A stretch of DNA of 64,000 nt from Rebecca billardiae RCC1528 (lineage: Eukaryota > Protista > Haptophyta): the NCBI GenBank assembly GCA_965240325.2, contig OZ251226.1, positions 682,001-746,000 on the forward strand, written 5' to 3'. Position 1 is the first letter of the stretch; each line of letters opens with the position of its first letter. Position numbers and translations under genes: made by a program. Under the pieces are notes generated by a model. That model had not been told where the DNA came from. It searched no databases and saw only the letters and a list, made by a program, of their open reading frames with translations. Shown piece after piece: positions 31,993 through 43,802 of this stretch.

Positions 31993-34900
31993 ATGGCGCC
32001 CGCTCCTTTCGTCGTCCTCGCCCTCCTCGGCGCAGACGCGTCCAAGTTCTCGACGTGCTCTGGCACTCCGTTCTGCGCCGAGGGGCGACTCGGCCGCGTC
32101 CAGCCTGCCGCGTCCGCCTCGGAGCTGCGCGTCGAAGACGGCGCTGCGTACGTGTCGCTCTCGTCGGGCCACACGCTTCGAGTCGACGCGCTCGCGCACG
32201 GCGCGTGGCGCGTGCAGGTGTTCGGCGCTGACGACGCCGACGCGTTCGTGTGCGCGCCCTTTGTGCTCGAGCAGACGAGCGAGCCATCCGGCATCCACGC
32301 CGAGCAGAGCGGCGCGCGCGTGCTGCTGCGCGCCGCGGGCGACACGCAGGCCGAGTCTGCGCTCGCGATCGACGGCTGGGCGGAAGGCGAGCCTGTGCGC
32401 GTGAGCGTGCTGCCGACGGGTGAGGCTGGCGGGGCCCCCGAGCTGCTGCCGGCCGCGCTCGAGCTCAACGTGCACTCCCTCCTCCGCGTCGAGCCCACGC
32501 GCGCGGCGGTCGACCTGAGCTTTGCCGACGCGCACACGGTGTACGGCCTCCCAGAGCGCGCGCTGCCGCTCGCGCTCGAGCCGACACGTGCCGGGCGGCA
32601 CGAGCCCATCCCGGGGCGCGGTCCGTACCGGCTGTACAACTCGGACCGCTTCGACTACGACGCGTCCTCCCCCGCCGCGCTGTACGGCAGCATCCCGCTG
32701 CTGCACGCGCTGCGCGCGGACGGGCGCGTGAGCAGCGCGCTCTGGCTTGGTGCGTCGGATCTGTATGTAGACCTGTGGCGCACGGACGGCGGGAACGCGA
32801 GCGCGGCGCGCGCGGGGATGTCGAGCCACTTCTTCTCGGACGACGGGCGCATCGACCTCGTCCTCGCGCTCGCGCCCTCGCTCCGCGCCGCCGTGCAGCG
32901 CCACACGCTCCGCACGGGCCGGCCGCCGATGCCGCCGCTCTGGGCTGTGGGCTTCCACCTCTCGCACTGGGGCGTGCGCGGCGCCGCGGACGCGCTCGCG
33001 CTCGACGCGAACGCCGACCGGCACGGCGTGCCGCTCGACGCGCTGTGGCTCGACATCGACCACACCGACGGCAAGCGCTACTTCACCTGGGACCCGTCCC
33101 TCTGGCCCGCGGGCGCGGCGGCGCGCGTGCAGCGCGCGCTCGCCGCCAAGGGCCGGCGCGCAGTCGCGATCGCCGACCCTCACCTCAAGGCCGACCCGTC
33201 GTACGAGCTGTACGCGCGCGCGCTGGCGGAGGCGCTGCTGGTGAACGTGTCCGGCGGCGGCGCGGGCGCGCGCCCGTTCGTCGGCGAGTGCTGGCCGGGC
33301 AAGAGCGCGTGGCTCGACTTCGTCAGCCCGGCCGCGCGTCGCTTCTGGTCTGATGCCGTGTACGGCGACGCGCACGCCGAGCGCGCTGAGCACACGCTCG
33401 CGCTGCACGCGTGGAACGACATGAACGAGCCGAGCGTGTTCGACCAGCCGGACGTGACGCTGCCCAAGAGCGCGAGGCACGCGCACGCGCTCCCCGACGG
33501 GCGCGTCGCCGCCGTGCCCCACCGCGTCGTGCACAACGCGTACGGCATGCTGATGGCGCGCGCCACGTGGGAAGGAGCCGCCGCGCGCCGCGCCGCCGCC
33601 GACGGCTCGCGGCCGTTCCTGCTCTCGCGCGCCTTCTTCGCGGGCTCGCAGCGGTACGGCGCGGTGTGGACGGGCGACAACAGCGCGTCGTGGGACCACC
33701 TCGCGCGGAGCACGCCGATGCTCCTCGCGCTCAGCCTGAGCGGCCTGGGCTTCGTCGGCGCGGACGTGGGCGGGTTTGGCGGCGGCGACCCGTCGTCCGA
33801 GCTGCTCGTGCGCTGGTACCAGGCTGGGGCGTACTACCCGTTCTTCCGCGCGCACGCGCACGCGGACTCGAGGCGGCGCGAGCCGTGGGTGCACGACGCG
33901 CCGACGCTGCGCGCGATCCGCGCCGCCATCCGCGGCCGGCACGAGCTGCTGCCGCACCTGTACGCGCTCTTCCACCAGGCTGCGCACGCGCCGTGCGCCG
34001 AGCGGCGCGCGGCGGCGCGCGGCGGCCGCTCGGCGGCGGCGCACGGGCGCGCGGACGGCCCGAGCGACGAGGAGGCGGGTGCTGGCTGCGCGCTGCCGCT
34101 GATGCGCCCGCTCTCGATGCACTACCCCGACGACCCGCGCGCGCCCACCCTCGACGACCAGTTCCTGCTCGGCCGCGACCTCCTCGTCAAGCCGGTGTGC
34201 GTGGCCGGCCAGCGCAGCTTGAGCTTTGCGCTGCCGGCGCTGCGGCCGCGCGGCGGCGGCGGTAGTGGCGGCGGCGGCGGCGGTGGCGACGGCGGCGATG
34301 GAGCGGCCGCTGAGCCGTGGTACGACAGCACCACGCTCTCGCCCATCCGCGCCCACCGCGTCGGCCGGAGCGCCGACGGCCGGCCGCTCCTTGAGGCGCG
34401 CGTGCACGCGCCACTCGACCGCCTCCCGGTGCTGCAGCGCGGCGGTTCCGTCGTGCCGCGCCGATGGCGGCGGCGCCGGAGCGCGCTCGCCGCGGCTGGA
34501 GATCCGATCACCCTCGTCGTCGCGCTCGACGGCGCGGGGCGCGCCCGTGGCCGGCTGTACGTGGATGACGGCGACGGCGAAGTCTGCGGCGCTGCAGGCG
34601 AGGTGGAGGCCGTCTGGCATGCACAGCCCACGGAGCGCGGCGGCGCGCCTGGGCTGCGCGTGCGCTACGAGCAGCGCGCGGGCTGCGAGTGCGCCCAGCG
34701 CGCGCACGCGCGCGCCCACGTCGTCGAGCGTATCGTCGTGGCGCACCACGCAGGCTTCTCGCCGTGCCCTGCCCGCGCCGTCGTGCGCGGCGGCCTGGAG
34801 GCGGGCGAGGCGCGCGAAATGGCGCTCAGCCGGCACGGCGGGCCTGCGGGCGCGTGCCCCACGGTGCTGATCGAGGGCCTGCAGCTCCCGCTGGCACAGC

Positions 34901-35136
34901 CTGGCAGCCGCGAGGCACGCAGCTCCGACGCATCGGAGTCGGCAGACGCCGCACCCTCGGCGTCGCCGGCGAGGGCCCCATCGTGCGCGGAGACGGCGAG
35001 CTGGTCTGTGGAGGCGCTGCTGCCCTCGGAGCGGGCGGTTGCTGGTGCCAGTGTCAATGTCATCAACGACGACGCTCGTAACGCGACCGCTGCTGAGGAG
35101 GCAGCATCAGCAGATGATGAGGCATCTGAGTACTGA
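31993..35136 (+). CDS. GANAB: GH31 ER glucosidase II alpha subunit-like
   Basis: Signal peptide, SKFSTCSGTPFC, YGLPE, PYRLYNSD, LYGSIP, WLDIDHTDGKRYFTWD, WNDMNEPSVF (nucleophile), WTGDN, GADVGGF, PFFRAHAH..RREPW. Intronless. Confidence 0.92.
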   Translation: MAPAPFVVLALLGADASKFSTCSGTPFCAEGRLGRVQPAASASELRVEDGAAYVSLSSGHTLRVDALAHGAWRVQVFGADDADAFVCAPFVLEQTSEPSGIHAEQSGARVLLRAAGDTQAESALAIDGWAEGEPVRVSVLPTGEAGGAPELLPAALELNVHSLLRVEPTRAAVDLSFADAHTVYGLPERALPLALEPTRAGRHEPIPGRGPYRLYNSDRFDYDASSPAALYGSIPLLHALRADGRVSSALWLGASDLYVDLWRTDGGNASAARAGMSSHFFSDDGRIDLVLALAPSLRAAVQRHTLRTGRPPMPPLWAVGFHLSHWGVRGAADALALDANADRHGVPLDALWLDIDHTDGKRYFTWDPSLWPAGAAARVQRALAAKGRRAVAIADPHLKADPSYELYARALAEALLVNVSGGGAGARPFVGECWPGKSAWLDFVSPAARRFWSDAVYGDAHAERAEHTLALHAWNDMNEPSVFDQPDVTLPKSARHAHALPDGRVAAVPHRVVHNAYGMLMARATWEGAAARRAAADGSRPFLLSRAFFAGSQRYGAVWTGDNSASWDHLARSTPMLLALSLSGLGFVGADVGGFGGGDPSSELLVRWYQAGAYYPFFRAHAHADSRRREPWVHDAPTLRAIRAAIRGRHELLPHLYALFHQAAHAPCAERRAAARGGRSAAAHGRADGPSDEEAGAGCALPLMRPLSMHYPDDPRAPTLDDQFLLGRDLLVKPVCVAGQRSLSFALPALRPRGGGGSGGGGGGGDGGDGAAAEPWYDSTTLSPIRAHRVGRSADGRPLLEARVHAPLDRLPVLQRGGSVVPRRWRRRRSALAAAGDPITLVVALDGAGRARGRLYVDDGDGEVCGAAGEVEAVWHAQPTERGGAPGLRVRYEQRAGCECAQRAHARAHVVERIVVAHHAGFSPCPARAVVRGGLEAGEAREMALSRHGGPAGACPTVLIEGLQLPLAQPGSREARSSDASESADAAPSASPARAPSCAETASWSVEALLPSERAVAGASVNVINDDARNATAAEEAASADDEASEY

Positions 35137-35302
35137 CGAAGCCTCCGCCTGCGACCACAATGATGCTGACTACGGCGGATGGTGATGGCGACGACGAAGC
35201 CTATATGCAGCTCATCAGATCGACGGCTATAACTAGCATGCAGTCTAAAGCCGCGGCGAGGCCGGTGACTGATCTGATGAGCGCATTATAATTTACGGCA
35301 TC

Positions 35303-35304
<2 letters not shown>

Positions 35305-35371
<67 letters not shown>
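35305..35371. repeat. (GA)n microsatellite
   Basis: Directly visible. Confidence 0.99.
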
Positions 35372-35374
<3 letters not shown>

Positions 35375-36319
35375 GTAACTAAGTAGTAATAACTACTCGG
35401 CCACGGTAGGCAGTTACTCAGTAGCTAACTAGTAACGTTCAGACTGATCAGTGATTTCAGACTGCTGACTGATCACTGAGACAGCAGTCTGATGATCTCA
35501 CGTCGCCGGAGTCCGCGGATCCGTCAATCTAGTTAGCTCGCTGCTAGCTGCTATAATAATTTAACTACTGCTATAATAACTGATATGCTCGACAGCTCGT
35601 CGGTCGTCACTAACTACTCCGGTGTCATGTATGTCATCAGTGGCTGCCATCAGACAGTGTGAGTGAGGCGACGAGTGCGAAGTGCGATCGTCCGACGACC
35701 GTCATGGCGATTCACATTATATTATGACATGACGCGTTATATTGTTTGCCGCTGACGAGCAGCGTTAGCGAAACTTGCTGCTGCGCCGATATAATGATAA
35801 TAAATATTAATCGGGCCGATATAATGTCGTCAATGATATGGTGCGATTCGGATTCAGAATCAGATTGGCCGCCCGGGACCGCCCTCGGAGGCCCGGAGTA
35901 CCGCGGACTAAGGACTGTTACCGTTGAAGCTCGGTTGTTGAGTGACATGCGCGCTGCGCAGCGCATGCAAGTAGTTCAACACTGGCTTCACTGAGTCACG
36001 CGCGCAAGCTGGTTTGTGGTTTGGCTCAACGCGTACCAGTACTGGTCTCGACGCGTCGCGTTGAACATCTTTCATGCATCAATCGCAATGAGTGTCTCGC
36101 AACGATTCGGCCCAGGGCTTGGAAGTCAGAACGAGGCGGAACCTGGGACCTGTATGGCAATGGCACAGCAAGGTCGCGCTGTATGCGAGGGATGCGCCGT
36201 GCGTGGCCCGCCTTGCGAGCATGCTGCGCATCCGCAGCCCGAGCCGCGCGTCCGCCTCAAGACACACCGACAGTTGGTCGCCGCGCGCGTTAGGGATGGC
36301 AGCGGCGCGAGCACATCGA

Positions 36320-37832
36320 TCAGCCCCGCCCGCCACCGTAGAAACCACCACCGCCGCCGCTGTCGGCTCCGCCACCCGGTCGGCCGTACGGGTTGAAGCG
36401 CGCATCGTTGCCGCCGCGCCCTGAGCCACGGTCGGGGCCGTAGTTGCCACCGCCCGGGCGGCCGTAGCCGCCTCCCTGCGCTCCGGCGCCGCCAGGCATG
36501 CCACCCATCATCCCGCCGCCTGGCATGGCTCCTGGGCCCATGCCCATCCCGCCCATCCCGCCCATGCCCATGCCGCCCATGCCCCCGTAGCCGCTGCCGT
36601 AGCCCATGGCCCCGGCGTACGCCGCGGCAGGGAAGCCGCCCGCCGGGAAGTAGCCCCCGCCCCCGCCATAGCCGGCGTTGAATGCCGGCGCGGAGCCGCC
36701 GTACCCGCCGCCGCCGTACCCGCCGGGCCCACCGCCGCCGCCGCCGCCATACCCGCCACCACCGCCGCCGCCGTAACCGCCGCCGCCGCCCATCGAGCCG
36801 CCCCCTCCGCCTCGAGGCGGGGGGCCGTCCCCTGGCCGCGAGCGCGCGTCGCGGTCAGGGCCCGGAATGGGCTTGCCACCGCGTCCAGTCACCTGCAGCA
36901 CGGCAGCCGAGGCGGGCGGTGCACGGGCCGGGCCGTCAGCGGCCGTCGAGCCAGGTGCGGCGTGTGCCGGGGCGCGCGCGCACGCACCTTCTTCGCCTTG
37001 GTGCGGCCACCGTCCATCTGCAGCGTGAACTCGACCTCATCGCCCTCGGCCAGCTCGCGAAAACCGGTGGACACGATGACCGACTGATGCACGAAGATGT
37101 CCTGGTCAGTGTCCTCAGGCTTGATGAAGCCAAAGCCCTTGTCGTGCCGCCACTTGACGCACACGCCGCGCATGGGGCGCTCCTCGCCCCACACGCCGCG
37201 GAGCGGGCCGCGGTCGGGCCCGGTGACGTTGGCGGCCTTCAGCCGGCCGTCCTCCGCAATGATGACCTCATACTCCACGGGCTCGTTCTCAGTCAGGCAC
37301 CGATAGCCCTCAGATTGGATGGACGTGTGATGCACAAAAATGTCTTCCCCTCCGGCGTCTGGCGTGATAAATCCAAAGCCCTTCGAGTCTGTGGGACGTG
37401 GCGCGCGGGACTGGTCCTGTCAGTCGGAGCATGGCAGGTTGCTGACGGACGGTCCGGCCGGGCGGCGCAGGCGCCGCGGCACGGGCGAGCATTACCGTTC
37501 CACGAGCGCGCGACCCCTTTCTGAATGCCTTGCGGAATGTCAGGACCTCCAGCATCTGATCCGCGCGGCGCGTGGCTCTCGTCGCGCGTCCGTCCGCCTT
37601 CGTCACTTTCGCGCCGCGGATCGTTGCCAACCGCGCGATCTCCGTCGCGATCGCCCTCGCGGTCGTCCCTTGGCGGCGAGCGCTCGTGCCGGTCGCGCCG
37701 ATCATCACGGTCATCCGAGTCATTGCGCTCCTCGCGGTCGTCGGGCGCCTCGCGCTCGTTACGCTCGCGGCGCGGGTCTGCCGAGGGTTGGTCTTCCGCC
37801 TCGACCTTACCGGGCGAGTTGTCGTCCCCCAT
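36320..37832 (-). CDS. Double cold-shock-domain protein with RD-rich N-terminus and Gly/Tyr-rich C-terminus; introns 37495-37389 and 36987-36893
   Basis: Spliced: [31 protein letters not shown] and GVCVKWRHDKGFGFIKPEDTDQDIFVHQSVI (RNP1/RNP2 motifs), followed by a GGGYGGG/RGG tail. Confidence 0.92.
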
Positions 37833-39127
37833 CGCGGAGCGTCGCGCGAGGAAGCTCGACCGAAGGGGGCCGTGCGGCTCGCGATGAACAAAGCCGCGCT
37901 GCGGCTGCGCGGCTCGTCCTTTAGCGAGGCCGACGAGGCCGGCCGCGCACAGCCGCCCACGCGGCTCCCGGCTCCGGACCGCGTGGCCGCGAGGCGTAGC
38001 CGGACTCCGGCACGGGCTTGAACGGCGATTGGCCGGTCGCGAGGTCAGTCAGGCCGTCACTCGTCAGAGCAGGGGCAGCATGCCTACAGGAGTACAATAC
38101 AGGCTACACGCAGTGAGTCGGACTGTCGGTGACGAAGGCCAGGCCGAGGCCCGCCAGGGGAAAGCGAAGGCCGACACTGTTGCCGTGTAGCGCGCAGCGC
38201 GAGCCAGCCAGCCACCGCGGTCCAGTCACCACGGTCGGACTAGTGAGCCAGTGACCGGTGACCGGGTCGTGCAGCGAGCCGCCAGCGGGGCAGACTGCGA
38301 CTCTCCGCAGACCAGCCGCCGCCAGCGGGCGCGGCCTCAGCAGTCACAATTAAGTATATCTACTAACTAGGAGTGCTTAACTAGACGTGCGACGTGCGTC
38401 ACGCATAAGCATTGGCCGGCACGGCTGCTCAGTTTGAGTCAGTTAGTTGAATAAGTTATCTTAATCTACGGTCGGAGCTGACGCCGGCGCGGCCGCACGG
38501 CGGGCGCGGGCATTGATGTCCAATTTTTCGATATAATTATACTGAGAGTGAGAGTGGCTGCCGACTCGGCAGTCGCGACGATCCTGTTCAAATCAGGACT
38601 GCTCACTGGTAGGACGGCCGCCGCCTTAGGAATGAGCGCGCCTCCGTCGGACAGTGACAGTCAGACGAGCTGCTTGATAAAAAATACATAATAATTGTCG
38701 CTGCGAATAATCCCGTCGATCAGGGCCGAGTCGTCGTGAGCTGACTAGTGACTAGTGTGAGTAGTGACTCAGAGTCAGGCTGCTCAGGCGTCGGAGCGCA
38801 CTCTGCGCAGTGCCGCCAGAGAGTGAGAGTGGCAGATTAGTCGGACGGAACTGCCTCGGAATTATTATAAGCTACCGACTACCGCCCGCGGGTGAATCGA
38901 CGGAATCTGATCTGCACTGATCATCGTCGACGTCGTCAAACCTACTACCTAGTGACGGAGATCGTCAGGCGGACACTATACGTCTACGAGTACCGCGCCC
39001 GACCGACGGTCAGTGCGTGACGGTCACCGTGCCCACACTGACTACTGGTCCACGGACTCAGTGACAGTGTCCGTCGAATGAATCAGAAAGTGATCAGCGG
39101 ACCGGCTACTCACCGTTGCCGGTCACA

Positions 39128-39934
39128 TCATCGCGTCAGCTGCATCTTTTGAGGCACAGGGATGCGCTTCAGGGCGGCATGGTATGGTCCAGGAGCCCCT
39201 TGCTCCGTGATGACTGTGCGTAGGTAGTAGTACAGCTGGGGCTTGCCGTTTTCATAGTTGCGCCGCTGCCACTCGGTGCCATCCCTGGAGCGCTCTGTTT
39301 GGACCATGTCGAATCGCCCGCCGCAACAAGCAGGAAGTGGCACGCATGGCGGGAGGCACGGCACGCAGCAGCAGCCGTTGACGAGCGGTGTGATGTCGGC
39401 GCTGCGCAGATCTTCAGCAAACTTGAAGCGGTACGAGAAGTTGCACAGCCGGCTCATATTCATGATGCATGCCCAGGTGAGGTTCTGCGGCTCGGCCCAA
39501 GTACCAGGCTGGCTACCACGGCCGCCAAAAACGGACATCGTGAGGGTGCGATTCACGGGGTCGTATGGCATGAAGCGGAGGGTCTGCAAAGAGCCGTTCG
39601 TCGTATGCTGCGTTGGTAGCTCGCTCGAGTCCTGCACGGTCACGCCGGTGAGTCCGACAAGCTCTGGAATATAAGCCATGGGCGAGACGTTAGGCGTGTC
39701 CGCTTCACGTCCGCAGTTGCACAGGCACACGCACTCCAAGCATGAGGGGGGCGGCGGCGGCGTCCTGCGGAGCATGGCGTCGGTGGTCTCCGCATGACTT
39801 CCAAAGCTCACAAGGCAGCAGCACGCCTGGGCGGCCGCCATCATTTCGTCAAAACAATTTATGGCCGCATCACGCATGCAAAAATGGATCTGACTACGGA
39901 TCATTGTAGGGTGCCTGAGCTGGGGCAGCGCCAT
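39128..39934 (-). CDS. Hypothetical Cys-rich protein
   Basis: 268-aa ORF with normal protein-like composition (NFSYRFKFAED, GCCCVPCLPPC, YYYLRTVI) in otherwise stop-rich DNA. Start uncertain. Confidence 0.65.
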   Translation of the reverse strand: MALPQLRHPTMIRSQIHFCMRDAAINCFDEMMAAAQACCCLVSFGSHAETTDAMLRRTPPPPPSCLECVCLCNCGREADTPNVSPMAYIPELVGLTGVTVQDSSELPTQHTTNGSLQTLRFMPYDPVNRTLTMSVFGGRGSQPGTWAEPQNLTWACIMNMSRLCNFSYRFKFAEDLRSADITPLVNGCCCVPCLPPCVPLPACCGGRFDMVQTERSRDGTEWQRRNYENGKPQLYYYLRTVITEQGAPGPYHAALKRIPVPQKMQLTR

Positions 39935-40971
39935 CGGCTGTATTGGATCGCGGTCCTTACTATGTGCGAATCAAGGCCTATATGGCCGGCCATGACCGAT
40001 GATATTGGCCGCTAGGCGGCCATGGCCGATGGTTAGCGGTCGACCATCCATCTCTGGCCGATGGGTATTGGCCGATGGCCGTCCGGCGGCCGGACCGCCG
40101 TACTCGTAGGCCGCGCCGGACGGCACGGCCACGGCGCCGGCGCGTGATGGCCGCGTGAGCACGCCGCGCGGGCTGCAGCACTGTCCGACTCTGCACGGTC
40201 GTAGTTCGAGAGGGCGGCCCCGGGGCTCGGCCGACCCAACTGGTGCGGACTTGTTGAGCCCCAGTGGCGGTCTCGACCGAGCTTGGCAGGTGTGTGTGTG
40301 TGCCTGTGTGTGTTAATCTGATATATACTATATCAGTTACAGGCGACTACTATGTCTAACTATTGCGATGTATTTGCCGATTCTGCGCGCCGGCCCGGCG
40401 AGTGAAGGACGCGAGGTGCAGCAGGCGGCGAGCCCGGCGAGACTCCGAGGGCGAGTCAGCGGCCGCACCCGCGCCCGCGACCGCGCCCACGCCCGCGCCC
40501 ACGACCCCTACTTCTGCCACGGCTCGCGCTTGCACTGCCAGCAGCGCTGCGGCATCGTCTCACGCAGACCACGTCTGCCGACGCGGCGACTGCGGCAGCC
40601 TCGCGGCGAGCGGACGCCAGCGGTGGCTGCCGCAGCACAGTAGTCGGCTGCAAGCAGCTTCTGCGACGAGATCATGCCCAGACAGAGTCAAGCCGACCTC
40701 GTTGGGGTACCATACGTTCTGCCCGAGTGGTGAATAATCTTTTGCCGAAAAAGAAAAAAGGGAAGAATGAATATATATTCTGACTCTGACGCCTGCCCGT
40801 TGCATACCACGTCGTTAATATATTAACGACATATATGTATTCATTTATTCATTTATTATTCGTCGTAGTCGGCCACTGGCCGATGAACGGGCAAAAGTGG
40901 GCATCCTGTGGCCGACGGGTTGGCCGACGCCCGTCGAGGCTTGATTCGCACACAGGGTCCTTAGGTAGTGG

Positions 40972-42983
40972 TCATGCGAACGCATCGCTGTCGGAGTCCC
41001 GGCGATCTGGCAAGGGCTGGTCCAGCCAGGTGGTGGCGTGCTGCGTACACCCTCTCCAGCCGTTGCGCAAGACACAGTCCAGCACCGCGCGGTAGCGCTT
41101 CTCCGAAGCGTCGGTCGGCTCCTTCGGGTGCACGACGATCGGAAAGTAAAGCACGCGGATCCTGTCGCGCGTGGTGTCCACGACCGGGATGCCAAAGTTG
41201 CCGCAGCCCTCCATCCCCTGCCCCGAGACCTGGCGCCGGCGTGAGCAGGGCGCGGGGCGTGACGGCACGCAAGCGGCCGTGAGCGCTCATCCCAGTGCGC
41301 ACGCGCGCGGCGCGTGAGCGCGCGGCGCACCATGAAGCCGGTGTCCACGTGGCCGTGAGGGTGCGGCATGTTGCAGTGCGTGTGCCCCATGAAGAACTTG
41401 AGCGCGCCCCGCTCCGCAAACTCGCTGCAGCCAGGGAGTCCGGCCACTGTCGAGTACAGGCCCGGGACATCCATCCGCGTCTCGCACCCGAGATTGTCCA
41501 CGTCCCAATGGCCGACGAGCAGGAGGACGCGCACGTCGGGCTGCGCGGCGTGCAGGACCTTGCACGCACGCGTGAGGTACGGCAGCGTCTGCTCGATGTC
41601 GTGCGCGCCGCTGTACCCGATCATACCCACATTACCCAGCTGGTTGAACCAGAAGCCATTCGCGGCGGCTGTGATCTGGCCACCAAACGGCATGCCCGGC
41701 GCCCGACCGGCGTCCGGGTCGACCGAGAAGTCGAACGGCGGGTCCGGGTCGCCTGGCTCCAGCCCGTCCGCGGCGATCGTATCCTGCGCGTACCACTGCA
41801 CTCCGCGCCGCAGCGCGATCCGCGCACGGGGGCGCCAGCGCAGCCGCAGCCCGTGTCAGGCCAGCGCAGATCAGAAGCCAGCGGACGATGGCGCGCAAGC
41901 GCGCGCGAGCGCGTGCGTTCGTGCCCGCACCTGCATGAAGCCGTTGCCGAATTGGTCCCATTTGGTCGCAACCCCCGGCGTGCCCAGCGCCCAGAAGTCG
42001 TGGTTGCCCATCACCGTCATCAGCGGCTTGCTCTTGGTGCCGACCGAGAGCGCGTTGAAGAACGTCTCTGTGACCTCGCCCGTGCGGTCGTACAGGTTGT
42101 CGCCAAGGATGGCCCAGTACGCGACGTCGGACGTGTTCGCGCCGACGAAGGCGTCGAGGAGCGCCGGTAATCTCCGCGCCAGCTCGAACCTGACGCCGTA
42201 CGTGCAGCCCACCAGCGCCACGAGCGAGCCGTACGCCACACACGGGTCTGCGATGATCACGCCCGCGACGCCCGAGCCGCTCGGCGGGAGGGTGAGCTCG
42301 ACGCGCTCCCCGGAGACGTCGAGGACGCGCTTCTCGCCAGGCGCCACCTCGACCAGGGACGTGTGCACGGCCTTATGCGTCCAGCGGTACCGGAACGGCT
42401 GCGAGTAGTCGAACGAGTTGCCGTCGAGCATCGGCCCCGCGCGATCAGCCGTCGCCGAGGTGATGACGGACACGCGGAGCAGGTTGTACGGCTTCGAGCC
42501 TAGGCCCTTTGCGACGCGCAGGTTGAGCGTTGGGGGCACGAGCTCGGCGCTGGGCATCGACTCCTCCGCCTCCTCGTCTGCGCAGAGCTGCACGCACGAT
42601 GTGACTGACGAATTGAGGTGCGCGCACGACCCAAAGTAGTGACATGTCTCCGTCGACGCGTCGCCGAGGGCGAGCTGAGTGGCTCTCATGTCCAGGCAGA
42701 CCGCGCACGCGTATTTTGGGTGGTAGACGAAGCTTTGCGACGGCTCCAAGTCGGCCATGGGCGCTGCTGCGCTCGGCGGTGGAGCTCCGGGCCGCGCGGC
42801 TCGCGGGTGGCGCACGGCCAGCCAGATGCCGGCAATGCCCACGACGAGCATCGGCGGCAGGAGCAGGGCAAGCCTTGACACCCGCCGCTTGGAGCGCCAT
42901 GCGGCCGGCTCCTGCGCGTCCGCTTCCTCCTCCAGCAGCCGCCGCTGCGACTGGGAGGCGGCCCCGCCTCCTCTTCCCGACAT
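40972..42983 (-). CDS. Type II membrane calcineurin-like metallophosphoesterase; introns 41930-41796 and 41330-41230
   Basis: N-terminal TM helix (LALLLPPMLVVGIAGIWL), IIADPC, ILGDNLYD, MGNHD, VGHW, FMGHTHCN. The introns join three frames in phase. Confidence 0.88.
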
Positions 42984-43046
42984 TGGTGTGACGATGTGCG
43001 CGGCACTTGCTTTACTGTATGGCGGCTGTTTACTGGTGGGGGTCAA

Positions 43047-43082
43047 TCTCGCCTGCCTGAGCTGTGTGCGTCTCTTTTATTC
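43047..43082 (+). repeat. Copy of the dispersed ATCTCGCCTGCCTGAGCTGTGTGCGTCTC repeat
   Basis: Same motif at 11219 (degenerate), 58102-58424 (four copies) and 59271 (inverted). Confidence 0.85.
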
Positions 43083-43168
43083 CGGGAAAGGGGAAAGGCG
43101 GGCTCAATAAATCTCGGTTTGCACATCCGCCGGAACTGACTCAATAAATGCGGTTCCAGAGCCGAATA

Positions 43169-43802
43169 CGCTGCTGTATGGAGCGTTCGTTGGAACTTGA
43201 CGCCGGTTTGGCGCCCGCGCGGCGAGAGCGACGACGGGCGTACACGGGGCCCGCGGCGGCGGAAGCGCGCGGGCGCGGCCGAGAACGGCACGGTCCGGAC
43301 GCCTCTCGCCAGCCGCGGACGCGCACCGCGCCTCCTCCTCGCACGCTGCTAGCTTGATCCGGGTTAAACGGACAACGGTGGTTTTGCTGCCGACCAGCTC
43401 AAGTTCCACGGCTGGTCAAGGTTCGGCTTGCGACCTCGCCGCTGGTGCTTGCAAGAAGGTACACTAGTTGGTCGAACTCCCACGCACCCGCTGTGCGCTC
43501 GTCGACGCCCTCTGAAGGTGACTCGGGGTGCATGCGGGGCAGTGGAATGCAGTGGTTCGGCGTTGCCTCTCAGTCGTCCAGCGCGCAGGCCATGTAGCGC
43601 GGGTGTGGTGCGCGCATGGCCCGGTAATTCGGTCGCGGCATGTCTGTCTGGGCTGCCCAAGGCCTGCCGCATCGCGAAGCGAGCGCTCAGGAGCGTGTGC
43701 CCACCGTGCCAGCCCCGCCGGGATGGGGCACTTCGCTGGGAAATGCGGTGTCAAGTTCCACCTCCGCTCAAGTTCCAACGAGCGCTTCATACTACCATAG
43801 CG
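43169..43802. mobile_element. MITE with ~32-bp imperfect TIRs, TA-flanked (Tc1/mariner-like)
   Basis: TA|CGCTGCTGTATGGAGCGTTCGTTGGAACTTGA ... TCAAGTTCCAACGAGCGCTTCATACTACCATAGCG|TA. Extra internal TCAAGTTCCAC copies at ~43399 and 43751. Confidence 0.75.
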
